A DNA stretch of 64,000 nt from contig CDPCPM010000056.1 in the NCBI GenBank assembly GCA_976551045.1, forward strand, positions 10,168,001-10,232,000, given 5' to 3'. Source of the DNA: Glaucostegus cemiculus (lineage: Eukaryota). The notes under the pieces were generated by a model. It saw only the letters and a list, made by a program, of their open reading frames with translations, was not told where the DNA came from and did no database searches. Numbering within the stretch: the first letter of the stretch is position 1; the number at the start of each line of letters is the position of its first letter. The position numbers were made by a program, and so were the translations under genes. Below are positions 1-11,129 of this stretch, piece after piece.

Positions 1-59
1 TGTAAGCATTTGCATCACAATCAGATTCTACCAACAACTGTCATGTCATCGGCAAATTT

Positions 60-1160
60 ATAAACTGGTCTATAGTTCCTTTTGTTTTCTCCCTCCTTTA
101 TTCCGTAGCAGGGTTACATTTGCTGCTTTCCACTGTGGCAACTGTCTGAGAATTTATGGAATTTTGGAAGAGGACAGCCAGTGCAATCAGTATTTCCAGA
201 GTTATCTCTTTCAAGGCTTTACATTGCTGGTCATCAGGTCCTGAGGATTTATCAGCTTTCAGTCCTATTTATTTCCCCATTACTAATTTTTTACTAATAC
301 TAATTTCAATTTCAGCCTGGGTCAGTTGTTCTTTTTCTCTTATCGATGCCTTGCTTCTCCTTTGCTGAATGTTGCCAATCTTTGAGTTTACTGGTCCAAT
401 GGCAGCACTGTAAGTCTATTCCTTTCATCTAATTCTGTCTTTGACTTCTCTTGATAGCATGGCTAGACCATATTGTCTTTTTGTTTGCGTTAAAGGAATG
501 CATATTACTTGCTAACTTGTGTTTTTTTTAACTGTTAGTCATTGCTTATTTACTATCATACCTTTTAATGTAGTATCTCAACCTATCATGGCTAATTCAC
601 TCTGCATACTTTAGTAGTTTGCTTTATTTGGGTTTAAGTTCCTGATTTTAAATTGTACTAAATCACATTCAATATTTGTATAAATTCTATCATATTGTAA
701 TCACTGTTCCCTAAAGACCTCTTAACCATCAGATCCCCCATTAACTCTTTCTTATTACACAATTCTAAACCTAAAATATCATGTTTAGTAGATATAGTAG
801 ATATATAGGAGATGTCAGGGGTAAGTTTTTTACTCAGAGTGGTGAGTGCGTGGAATGGGCTGCCGGAAAGGGTTGTGGAGGCGGATTTGATAGGGTCTTT
901 CAAGAGACTGTTGGATAGGTACATGGAGCAAAATAAGATAGAGGGCTATGGGTAAGCCTAGGAGTTTCTAGTGTAGGGACATATTCGGCACAGCATTGTG
1001 GGCTGAAGGGCCTGAATTGTGCTGTCGATGTTCTATGTTCCCTTATTGGTTCCTCAACTTCCTTATCCAGAAAACCATTATTTCCACACTCCTTGAATTC
1101 ATTCTTCACATATTATTCTTGGTTTGGTTTGACCTCTTTATATGTAGATTAAAGATGCCA
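60..1160 (-). mobile_element. Old CR1 LINE ORF2 fragment (endonuclease to RT), interrupted at 786-1039
   Basis: Minus-strand remnants GLKADKSSGPD, LGNSDYNMIEF, FKECGNNGFLDKEVEEPIRE. Confidence 0.75.
786..1039 (+). mobile_element. CR1/HER1-type 3' end fragment nested in the older CR1
   Basis: ggagatgtcaggggtaagttttttactcagagtggtgagtgcgtggaat... and tail gggctgaagggcctg...gttctatgttc; ATGTT at both ends. Confidence 0.8.
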
Positions 1161-1850
1161 AAATTATTGTATTGTCCTTCAAGCTTCTTGAGTTGTGCTA
1201 TGCTTATAGTCATTTCCTACCAATGTTTTCTTCCCTTTGCTATTTCTTAGCTGTCCTCAAACATATTCTGTGTTTTGATTTTCTGTACTAAGAACCATTG
1301 TTTTTACTGCCTATATCCGATTCTTTAATATCAGGGCTCCCCTTTTCCATTTTGTCAACCTCTTTCAAGAGTTCAGTGTCCTATAATATTCAACTCTCAA
1401 CCTGTTCCCAACCAAATCTATTTTAGTTCTCAGCATTATTTCATCCTCTTTCTTCTCGCTCATTTTGACTTTTCTCTTCAAATATCTTCTTTCCAAAATC
1501 CATTTATATTGCAGTGGTCCTATATCCTTCTACCAACGATTCACCATCTCTATTAGCTTGTGCAGGGATAACATTCTCAATATTAGACATCCTTAAAGTG
1601 ATGTAAATATTGATCTTCCTCTGAATCTTCTTCCAAGACTTTGATATTTGATTCTAAGATACATACTCCAGTGTTCTGAATCCATATGTTATTGGAGTTC
1701 ATTTAAATTGAAATATGGCTTTAATACTGATTTTGATCTTGTTGCATTTCCAATTCCACAATCACAATACCTTTTAAATTACTTCATTAATATTAAATGT
1801 TTTTGATGTCATGGAAAGCATTACATTTATGCAAGTCTTCTGTTTTTAAG

Positions 1851-1985
1851 CTTGAAAGTGAACTGGAAGAGAAACAAGTGCAGATAATAAAACAAAAGCA
1901 AACAACCTCAACTTTTCAGGAAGATATCTATGCCAAGGAAAGCAGAATTGAATCTTTGGAATTTCTGCTTGAAGAAACCAGACAG
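1851..1985 (+). CDS. CCDC18: CCDC18-like coiled-coil protein, coding exon (first in window; gene is 5'-truncated by the window edge)
   Basis: ttttaag|CTT acceptor; 135 nt = LESELEEKQVQIIKQKQTTSTFQEDIYAKESRIESLEFLLEETRQ, colinear with recalled vertebrate CCDC18 (LEAQLEKKDQQ...LESLDRLLTESKG); donor CAG|gcaagt (GC type). Confidence 0.85.
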
Positions 1986-3004
1986 GCAAGTTTTTAAAAT
2001 GAAAAATGTTTAGTTTTATTTTAATTGTTCATATTAAATTTTTGAAAAGATTGTAGCATAAATCAATGCACTTAAAATATTATAATGTTGACAGCATCTA
2101 GCTACATTTCTGCTAAGTCAGAAAAAGGAATTTTTTATTTGAAATGAGACTTTAATCATGGATGTGTGTTGTTAAAGTTAAATTCTTTTTTTGTGAAGTT
2201 GCGTTGCTAGAATTTCTTTTTCAAACTTTACTTCAAGGCACTCACTGCTGGGCTTTCCTGCCTTTATGAAAGTACATAAACATTTCAAATGTTTCCTTGT
2301 CTTCTTTGTACAGCTTTTCTCTAGTGGCCAGCAGTGGAAAGTTCATCTGGTACTTTCCTATCCCATGTGTTTGTGAATTATTGGAAAACTTAAAAGCATT
2401 CATCACTTAGCTCCTCTGTCATTCAATTGCACTACATCTGTCCACTTTAATCCAATCTCCTAGTATACTTGTCCAGTAAAATTCCATCATCATCAGTCTT
2501 GTATATTGGCTCAACATCCAGTTCTTTTGGGGGAGTAATTGATATTCGCTATGTGGAAAACGTGCTTTCAATCTCATTTCCAGATGGCCTAGAATTCATC
2601 GTAAGATTCATTCAGATCCCTGTGGTTTCTCTGGATCTACTTGACAGAATTCTTTAGTATATTTTAAACATCTTGATTAGATTACCTGTCACCCTTGTAA
2701 AATTAGAAAAGAAAATCTAGAAAATTCCTCTCTATTCCTTCTAGACAATCAGTAGTAGTCCAGGACATTGGATGGATCATGACACAGTATTTCGTATCTC
2801 TCTTTTGTACAAAGTAGTCTTCACCCCCCACACCACCCCCAGTAATCAGCACAGATCTCTCATGAATGATTGCAATAAATAAAAACTTGCCACACTAGCA
2901 AATAGCTTGTTCCATTCATCAGGAGTTCTGCAGGAAATTAGAGTCACCTCTAACTTATTTCCATTGTAATTTGTTGGATGACCAATGTTCACCTCCAGCA
3001 GGTG

Positions 3005-3342
3005 ACAGAATCAGGTTTATTATCACTGACATATGTCACAAAATTTGTTGTTTTGTGGCAGCAGTATCGTGCAAGACATAAAAATTACTGTAAACCACAA
3101 AAGTAAATAAATAATACAGAAGCAGAATAACAAAGTAATGTTCATGGACCTTTCAGAAATCTGATGGTAGAGAGGAAGAAGTTGTTCCTGAAATGTTGAG
3201 TCTTCAGGCTCCTATTACCTCCTCCCTGATGGTAGTACCTTGAAGAGGGCATGTCCTGGATGTTGAGGGTCCTCAATGATGGATGTCGCCGCCTTGAGGT
3301 GCTGCCTCTTGATGATGTCCTTGATGGCAGGGAGAGTTGTGA
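3005..3342 (-). mobile_element. Rex1/Babar-type LINE 3' fragment
   Basis: Tail cagaatcaggtttattatcac; same family as 58371-58968 (LPSGRR...NNFF motif region). Confidence 0.75.
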
Positions 3343-4289
3343 TAATTTGTCCTCCTATTATTTATCCTCCCTCAATTAGAGTGTGTCACGATCCATAGTC
3401 ACTTAAATTGTGTAGCTCTCTGAGCAAAATCTGTTTTAAACTGGAATCATTTTTTGACACCTCTTCTGAATGATTTTTTAATCTCAACATTACTCATTAA
3501 ATGAGACAGTATCAGTCCAGGCCTAGTAACAGTTTTGCAGTGAGTTATCACAGTAGCTTCATTTCTGTTTCATGGAAGGGTTGAGTGAGCTTAGTATCAA
3601 TTCTGCCCACTTTGTTAACAATCCACCTTGCCAAACCGGGTTTTACATCACCACTACTTCGTAATCTGTTTGAGGTTGCCTAATCTTCTGGTTTATTATT
3701 CTATTATTTGGGCAAATCTTGGTGTCAACCACAAAGCTTGAAATTATTTTCATCAGTTTGCACTATTAGAACAGCCATCTCTCTCTCTCATTGAAATTAT
3801 GCCAACATATTTCAAGAATTCAGATTACAAACCTCTGATAATTACAAATCATTTCCCTGCAGTTATATGTGTCAAACCTGTTTAGAAGTTATGGAGAAAG
3901 AGAATTTGTTGCTGTGTCCTGATCTGATGGCTGTTTCAACAGACAGGACAATTTAGGATTTACTCACATGTGCCATAAAGAAATGTGAATTCCTCCTTTT
4001 CCAGCAGTATATCAGAGCTGTAGCTATGAACATTTCTGGCACTCAGACATTCAGGTCATCTGTGGTGATGTTGTAAGGTCTGTAACATTTATAGGAACAT
4101 AAATATTCCAAAATTAATTGATATGATAACGTACCCGATGGCTCAGTCAATAATACTGATGTAAGGAGGAGCACACTGGTCACAAGTCCCATTCCTGCCT
4201 TTTGTTGTCTGCTTTAAAGTGGTTGTGTAAGGTAAATGAAAATCTGATGGAGATAAACTATGCTGCCTTCCAAATTTACATTTGTTATC

Positions 4290-4660
4290 TTGGTTCATGG
4301 ATGGTGGAGTTGAAATTAAATTATTGGACTAGCAGCCAGACTTCTGGACCAGGGACCCAGAAACATGAGTTTAAATGTCACCATGCTACCTCGGTATTTA
4401 AATTGGAAAGTAATTAAATAAATGTGAATTTAAAGAAAGAAATGTTTGATTGAATAACAGTAACCACTGGATTATAGTTTAAAAAAAAAACCAACTGTAT
4501 CACAAATCTGATTTAGGAAAGGAAATCTAAGCTATATGGGAACCTAGGCCCATCCATATGGTTGAGCTTTATATGCCTCCTCAGTTTAGGGGCAACTTAT
4601 GGTACACAATCATGCTCAGATTACCAGTCATGACCATGTACAGTGAATGAATAAATAAAT
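4290..4660 (+). mobile_element. Degenerate tRNA-derived chondrichthyan SINE
   Basis: ggactagcagccag...catgagtttaaatgtcaccatg head, ggaaggaaatct core, aataaataaa tail; related copy on - strand at about 19790-20010. Confidence 0.5.
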
Positions 4661-5104
4661 AACAGCTGCTTTGCCAAGGAAAGTAACCACTTGAGTACAA
4701 GAGAGCGAAGGGAAAGGAAGGAGACATCACTAGTGTTCCTAAAATTCAAACTTGAATAAATTTTACACCTGAATAATCATCATATGAATTACTGCATTCC
4801 TACATTGACATGGTTAAAATTTAGCATATTGACCATAAAGTCTCATTAATCATCAGTTATAATATTCAAACTCTTTGTTTGGTAATAGCATCTTAACAAT
4901 GCAGGGTAAAGAAAACATTGATGTTATTGGAAAAGTTAGTGACAATATGGACATTCAAAAGAGCTCTATTTGTCAATTGTAATATGGTTCAATGGCTGTA
5001 ACTACTTGGTGATTAAATACAGCTCCAGTGGCAAAATGGTGAAAACTTTGTGATCTCCCAAAGCCAAAAAGCATGTATACCAGTGTACTGGATGAGTTTG
5101 ATAA

Positions 5105-6990
5105 GCAGAACATTGCAGACATTGGAAATCTGAACTAAAATCAGAAAATCCTGGAAATATTGAGCAGGTCAGAGAAAAGAACCTGCTGGCTCTGAGAAAA
5201 ATAGAAAGGCTGGCTACCTGAAATTATTGTACTCAATATTGATTCATGAGGACTGTATAGTGCCTTGTGGGAAGATACTATGCCTTTCGTTGAGTTTAAA
5301 TTGGGCTTTATTGGAAAAGTGTAGGAGGTCATAGTCAGAGAGGTGAAGTGGGATTGGGATGGAGTTTTAAAGTGACAAGCATCTGGAAGCTCAGGATCAC
5401 CTTTGGAGGGTGGTGAAGGTGTTCTGCAAAGTGGTCACCTAGTTTGCCTTTGGCTTTTCCAGTGTAGAGACGTGAAAGCAAATGATCTGCAGTAAACTAG
5501 AAGAAATTTACCTGCTTCATCTGGGAGAAGTGTTTAGGTCCCTTTACAGTAGGAAGGGAAGAGATAAATGTGCCAGTGTTCCATCTCCTGTGATTGCGTA
5601 AGATGTGCCGTAAGGAGGGGAATATATGTTGCTGAAAATGGAAGAGTGAACCAGGGAGTTGTTGAGGGAACAGTCTGTTCAGAATGCTGAAAGTGGTGGG
5701 GAGGAAAAGGTGTGTGTAGTAATTATGTCATCTTGAAGGTGGAGACACAAGAGACAGCAGATGCTGGAATCTGGAGCAACAAGCAGTCTGGTGGAGGAAC
5801 TCATTGAGCTGAGCAGCATCCTTGGGGGGGGAAGGAACTGTCGACATTCCTCCAGCAGATTGTTTGTGGCATCACCTTGAAGGTGGTGGATATTACAGAA
5901 GATGATTTGTTGAAATTGGAGTCTGGCAGAATGGAGTGTCAAGACAAGGGAAACTCACTGGGTGGGAGAAAAAGGTCTGAGAGTAGAATTGCAGGAAATG
6001 GAATGGATGTGGCTCAGAGCCATTTCAACTGTGGTGAAAGGAGAACCATTGTTTAGAAAAAAGGAAGACCTGTTAGAAGCACCAGCATGGAAGAAGTTAT
6101 CATCAGTACAAATATGATGGAGCTAGGGAAATTGGCAAAATGGGTTGGAATCTTTACATGGGGTAGTGTTAGAGCAGTTATAGTTTAGATAGAAGTGGGA
6201 AGCTGTGTTTTTTGTAAGGGGAAAAATTAGTTCTGTAACATAAAAAATAAGCTGATGCAGCAGGTTGACCAGGACAGTCTTGCCTGTGGATTTTGGGGAA
6301 GAAGTAGAAGCAGGCAGTTGTTGAGAACATGAGAAGTGGGAGTTGAAGTTGGCCATATGACATTTTGTGCCTGCAGGGCCAATCCATGGATATCATTTAC
6401 CTCAGCACTACTTTTCTGCAGTAATCCTATGTTCCTTGATGCCCTTAATATCCAAAAATCTGATAATCTCTGGGGGACCATGAGGTTGGAGGCTCTGGAT
6501 GGAAGATCTATGTAGCAAACAAGGTAAATTATTATCTGGGAGATAGTGGCTTGATGTTCGTTGTTGGAGTCATGGTCCAGAGGGCCACTTGATTTTTCAA
6601 ATCAAAAATTAACCATGTTGATTTTTGAGCCTTTGCAAGGTAGATGTCAGTTTGTCTAATAATAATAGCACTGCCATGTCAACAAATTTATGGCATTGTT
6701 CTCCAAATTCAGAGCAAGATAGATCTAAGGAAGGATTAAAGGAATGAGTTTTGAGGTGAAGGTAGCAAAAGGAGAGTTCAGTATCATGTCAGCCTTGATT
6801 TTTTTGAAGTGGGGACGTGGTTAATGTTAAAGGTTGACGTAACTGGCCATTTCTGATGCAAACTAGAAAGGGTGGTTATCTGTGGATTGTAGAACTTTTC
6901 TCCTTCTCTTCACAATTCCTGATCCCTTGTTGGAGCAACCAAAAACAGATTAGGTTACTGCTTTGCAGAACCTCTACATTCAGTCTGCAA
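5105..6990 (-). mobile_element. Degenerate Penelope-like element (PLE), with inverted terminal part at about 11500-11720 beyond the CR1 insertion
   Basis: pLTR-like end (cagaaaatcctggaaatattgagcaggtcag), GIY-YIG region similar to 51300-51720; + strand mirror (caacatctcattttcag...ttcaggactcaatgctgaattcaacc) after the CR1. Confidence 0.65.
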
Positions 6991-7087
6991 GGTTCAACCT
7001 GAGATCACAAGATCACAAGACAAGGGAGCAGAAGTAGGCCATTCAGCCCTTCGAGTCTGCTCCATGAGAAAAGAAAAGATAACATAT

Positions 7088-10000
7088 CTATCCCCAATTT
7101 CCAGCCTTATCCCCATATCCCTTGATACCTTGATTAATTAGGTACCTATCCAACTCCCCTTTAAATGCCCCCACTGACTGAGCCTCTACAGCTGTATGTG
7201 GCAGAGAATTCCACAATTCCACCACCCTCTGACTAAAGTAATTTCTCCTCATCTCTGTTTTAAACTGGTTCCCTCTGATTCTAAGTCTGTGCCCTCTAGT
7301 CTTGGACTCACCCACCAAGGGAAACAGCCTTTCCACATCCACTCTATCCATTCCCTTCAACATTCTAAACACTTCTATGAGGTCCCCCCTCATTCTTCTG
7401 TACTCCAACGAGTACAGTCCAAGAGCCGATAAACGCTCATCATAGGTAAGCCCTTTCATACCAGGAATCATCCTTGTAAACCTCCTCTGGACCCTCTCCA
7501 ACATCAGCACATCCCTTCTAAGGTGTGGGGCCCAAAACTGCACACAGTATTCCAAATGAGGACGTACCAGTGCTCCATAGAGCCTCATCATCACTTCTCT
7601 ACTTCTATACACTATACATCGCGAAATGAACGCCAACATAGCATTTGCTTTCTTTATCACCGATTCGACCTGGTGATTGACTTTTAGGGTGTCCTGCACG
7701 AGTACCCCCAAGTCCCTTTGTACTTCCATACTTCCAATTTTCTCCCCACCTAGATAATAATCTGCCCGTTCATCTCTTTTGCCAAAGTGTACTACAGCAC
7801 ATTTGTCAACATTGAATTTCATCTGCCATTTCTTTGCCCATTCACTTAACCTATCCAAGTCTCTCTGCAGCCTTCCTGCCTCTTCTATACTCCCTGCTCC
7901 ACCGCCAATCTTGGTGTCATCCGCAAACTTAGCTACAAAACCATTTACTTCATCATCCAAATCATTAATATATAAAGTGAAAAGTAGCGGGCCCAACACC
8001 GACCCTTGCGGGACACCACTAGTAACTGGTCGCCATTCAGAACAGGATCCCTTTTATTCCTACCCGTTGCTTTCTGCCTACCAGCCAATGCTCGACCCAT
8101 TTTAATATCTTTCCTGTAATTCCATGCGTACTCATCTTATTAATCAAACTCTGATGCGGCACCTTGTCGAAGGCCTTTTGAAAGTCTAAATACACAATGT
8201 CCACTGCCTCTCCCTTATCCACCCTACCTGTGATTTCCTCAAAAAACTCCAATAGGTTGGTCAGGCAAGATCTTCCCTTTATGAAACCATGCTGGCTTGG
8301 ACCTATCCTGTCTTGAAACACCAGGTATTCCGTAACCTCATCCTTGAGGATCGATTCCAGTATCTTTCCCACTACTGACGTCAAACTAATTGGTCTGTAA
8401 TTACCTTTATGCTGCCTCCCACCTTTCTTATACAGTGGAACTACGTTCGCTACTCTCCAGTCCTCCGGAACCATGCCGGAGTCCATTGTCTCTTGGAAAA
8501 TAATCACTAATGCCTCTACAATCTCTAAAGCCACCTCCTTCAGAAGTCGAGGGTGCACCTCATCCGGTCCGGGTGACTTATCTGTCTTTAATCCTCTTAG
8601 CTTCCTTAGCACCTTCTCCCTAGTAATCTCAACTGTACTCAGTTCAATCCCCTGGAACCCCTGTCTATCTGGTATATTGCTGGTATCTTCCACAGTGAAG
8701 ACCGATGCAAAATACTTATTTAGTTCATCTGCCATCTCTGTATCTTCTATTATAATCTCTCCCACACCATTTTCGATTGGTCCTATATCAACCCTTGTCT
8801 CTCTTTTACACCTCATATATTTTAAAAAACTTTTAGTATCTGTTTGAATGTTATCTGCCAATTTCCTTTCGTAATTCATCTTTCCTAATGACCTTCTTAG
8901 CTTCTTTCTGCAGGTTTTTAAATGTTTCCCAATCCTCAGTTTCCCCACTTATTTTTGCTACCTTGTAGGCCCTCCCTTTTGCTCTTATCTTAGCCTTAAC
9001 CTCTCTCGTTACCCACATATGTGCCTTTTTTCCATTCAGAACTTTCTTTTTTCTTGGAACATACCTATCCTGCAACTTCCTTATTTCTTGTAAAAACTTT
9101 ATCCATTTCTGCTCCACCGTCCCACCTGCTAGCTTACTCTTCCAATTGATTTGAGGCGGTTCCTCTCTCATGCTGCTGTAGTTTCCCTTGTTCCATTGCC
9201 ATATATGTGCACCAGTTATGAGCTTCTCCTTTTCAAATTTGACTCCAAACTCAATCATATTGTGATCACTGGTTCCTAATGGTTCCATTACTTTTAGCTC
9301 CCTAATCAGCTCTGGTTCATTGCACAGTACCCAATCCAAAATGGCTGATCCCCTGGTGGGTTCATCTACAAGTTGCTCCAAAAAGCCATCCTGTAGACAT
9401 TCTACAAACTCAGTTTCCTGCGATCCACCTCCTCGCTGATTTTCCCAATCTACCTTCAGGTTGAAGTCCCCCATAATTATCTTCACATTGTCCTTTTGAC
9501 ACGCCTTTTCTATTTCTAACTGTATCCTATAGTCCTCCTCCTGGCTGCTGTTAGGGGGTCTATATATAACTGCAATTAGCGTCCTTTTACCCTTGCTATT
9601 TCTTGGCTCCACCCATAAGGATTCCACTTCTTCCACCCCTATGTCCTTCCTTTCTATCGATGTTATATTATTACTGACCATCAGGGCTACACCACCCCCT
9701 CTGCCTACCCTCCTATCCTTCCTATACACCGTATACCCTTGGATGTTCAGTTCCCAATCACATCCATCAGTAAGCCATGATTCGGTGATTGCCACGATAT
9801 CATATTTTTTAGCTTGTAGCTGTGCCACTAGGTAATCGACCTTATTCCTAATGCTACGTGCATTAAAATACAGTACTTTTAGAACAGCATCAACTGCAGA
9901 ACTTCTATTGATCTCTAAATTATCCTTACCTTCCACCCGCCTGTCCTTCTTACCATCTTCACTACACGTCGACTTGTTCCCGCATACCACCTCCTTTAAT

Positions 10001-10179
10001 CTAAGCTGGTTTCCTTCGTCTTGCCTGATTAGTTTATCCACCTTTTTACTATTTTGGCCTGTACTCTGCTTCTCCTTCCTCAGAGCCACTCTGTCTGTTA
10101 GATCTGCCTTTTCTGTAACCTCTACATCCTCTGACCTGCCCTCCTGGTTCCCATCCCCCTCGCCAACTAGTTTAAACTC
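7088..10179 (-). pseudogene. CR1 ORF2 (APE endonuclease and RT), two frameshifts
   Basis: YFNARS, ITESW, GDFN, SDHNMI, YRPISLTS, YLDFQKAFD, KFADD; versus the sister copy, a 5-nt deletion near 8880 and a 1-nt insertion near 8050. Confidence 0.92.
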
Positions 10180-11129
10180 TCATGAACCATCCAAGCATAC
10201 CGTGCTGCAAGGATATCTGCCCCCCTCTGGTTGGGGTGTAACACGTCCTCTCTGTACAGGCCCCACCTTCCCCAGAAGAGGTCCCAGTTATCCAAAAATC
10301 TAAAACCTCCTACCCTGCAGCACTTTCTCAGCCACGTATTTAATTGCCACCTCGCCCTGTTCCTACCTTTCCTATCACGTGGCACCGGTAGTAATCCTGA
10401 GATTACTACCCTTGAGGTCCTGGTCTTCAGCTTTCTGCCTAGCTCCATAAACTCCCTTTTCAGGACCTCATCCTTCTTTCTACCTATGTCATTGGTACCA
10501 ACATGAACCATGACTTCTGGCTGCTCTCCCTCCCACTCGAGAATCCTGTGAACCCGATCAGTAATATCCCGGACCCTGGCACCTGGGAGGCAACATACCA
10601 TCCGGGATTCATGTTCACTTCCACAGAATCTCCTATCTGTTTCCCTGACTATCGAGTCCCCTATCACCACTGCATTTCTCTTCCCCTTCTTCCCCATCTG
10701 AGCAGTAGTACTGGTCCTAGTGCCAGTGACCTGGGTACTAGTGCTTGGTCCCTGCAGGCTATCCCCCTCCACAGTTTCCAAAGTTGAAAACCTGTTATTG
10801 AGGGGAATAGCCTCCAGGGTTCTCTGCACTGTCTGGCTATTTGTTTTCCCCTTCCTTTTCCCTCCCCTGACAGTCACCCAGCTATCTACTACCTGGACCC
10901 CTGAAGTATCTGCTCTAAGTGGGGTGACTGTCTCCTGATGTGCCGCATCTATATAACTCTCTCCCTCCCTGATGCTCTGCAGTGTTTGAAGCCGTGACTC
11001 CAGCTCATCAATTTTGAGCCGAAGTTCCTCCAGCCTCACACACTTACTGCAGAAGTGGTCAACGTGGACCTCAACAGGGTCCACATCCTCCCACATCAAG
11101 CAGCTGCAGCACTGCACCATGCCCTCCAT
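10167..11129 (-). CDS. CR1 ORF1p: CxxC..CxxC zinc finger, leucine zipper, SGNH/GDSL esterase; intact 320 aa
   Basis: CCSC...CSKC, LEELRLKIDELESRLQTL heptads, VIGDSIVR, HVGTND, DVLHPN. Confidence 0.92.
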   Translation of the reverse strand: MEGMVQCCSCLMWEDVDPVEVHVDHFCSKCVRLEELRLKIDELESRLQTLQSIREGESYIDAAHQETVTPLRADTSGVQVVDSWVTVRGGKRKGKTNSQTVQRTLEAIPLNNRFSTLETVEGDSLQGPSTSTQVTGTRTSTTAQMGKKGKRNAVVIGDSIVRETDRRFCGSEHESRMVCCLPGARVRDITDRVHRILEWEGEQPEVMVHVGTNDIGRKKDEVLKREFMELGRKLKTRTSRVVISGLLPVPRDRKGRNRARWQLNTWLRKCCRVGGFRFLDNWDLFWGRWGLYREDVLHPNQRGADILAARYAWMVHESLN

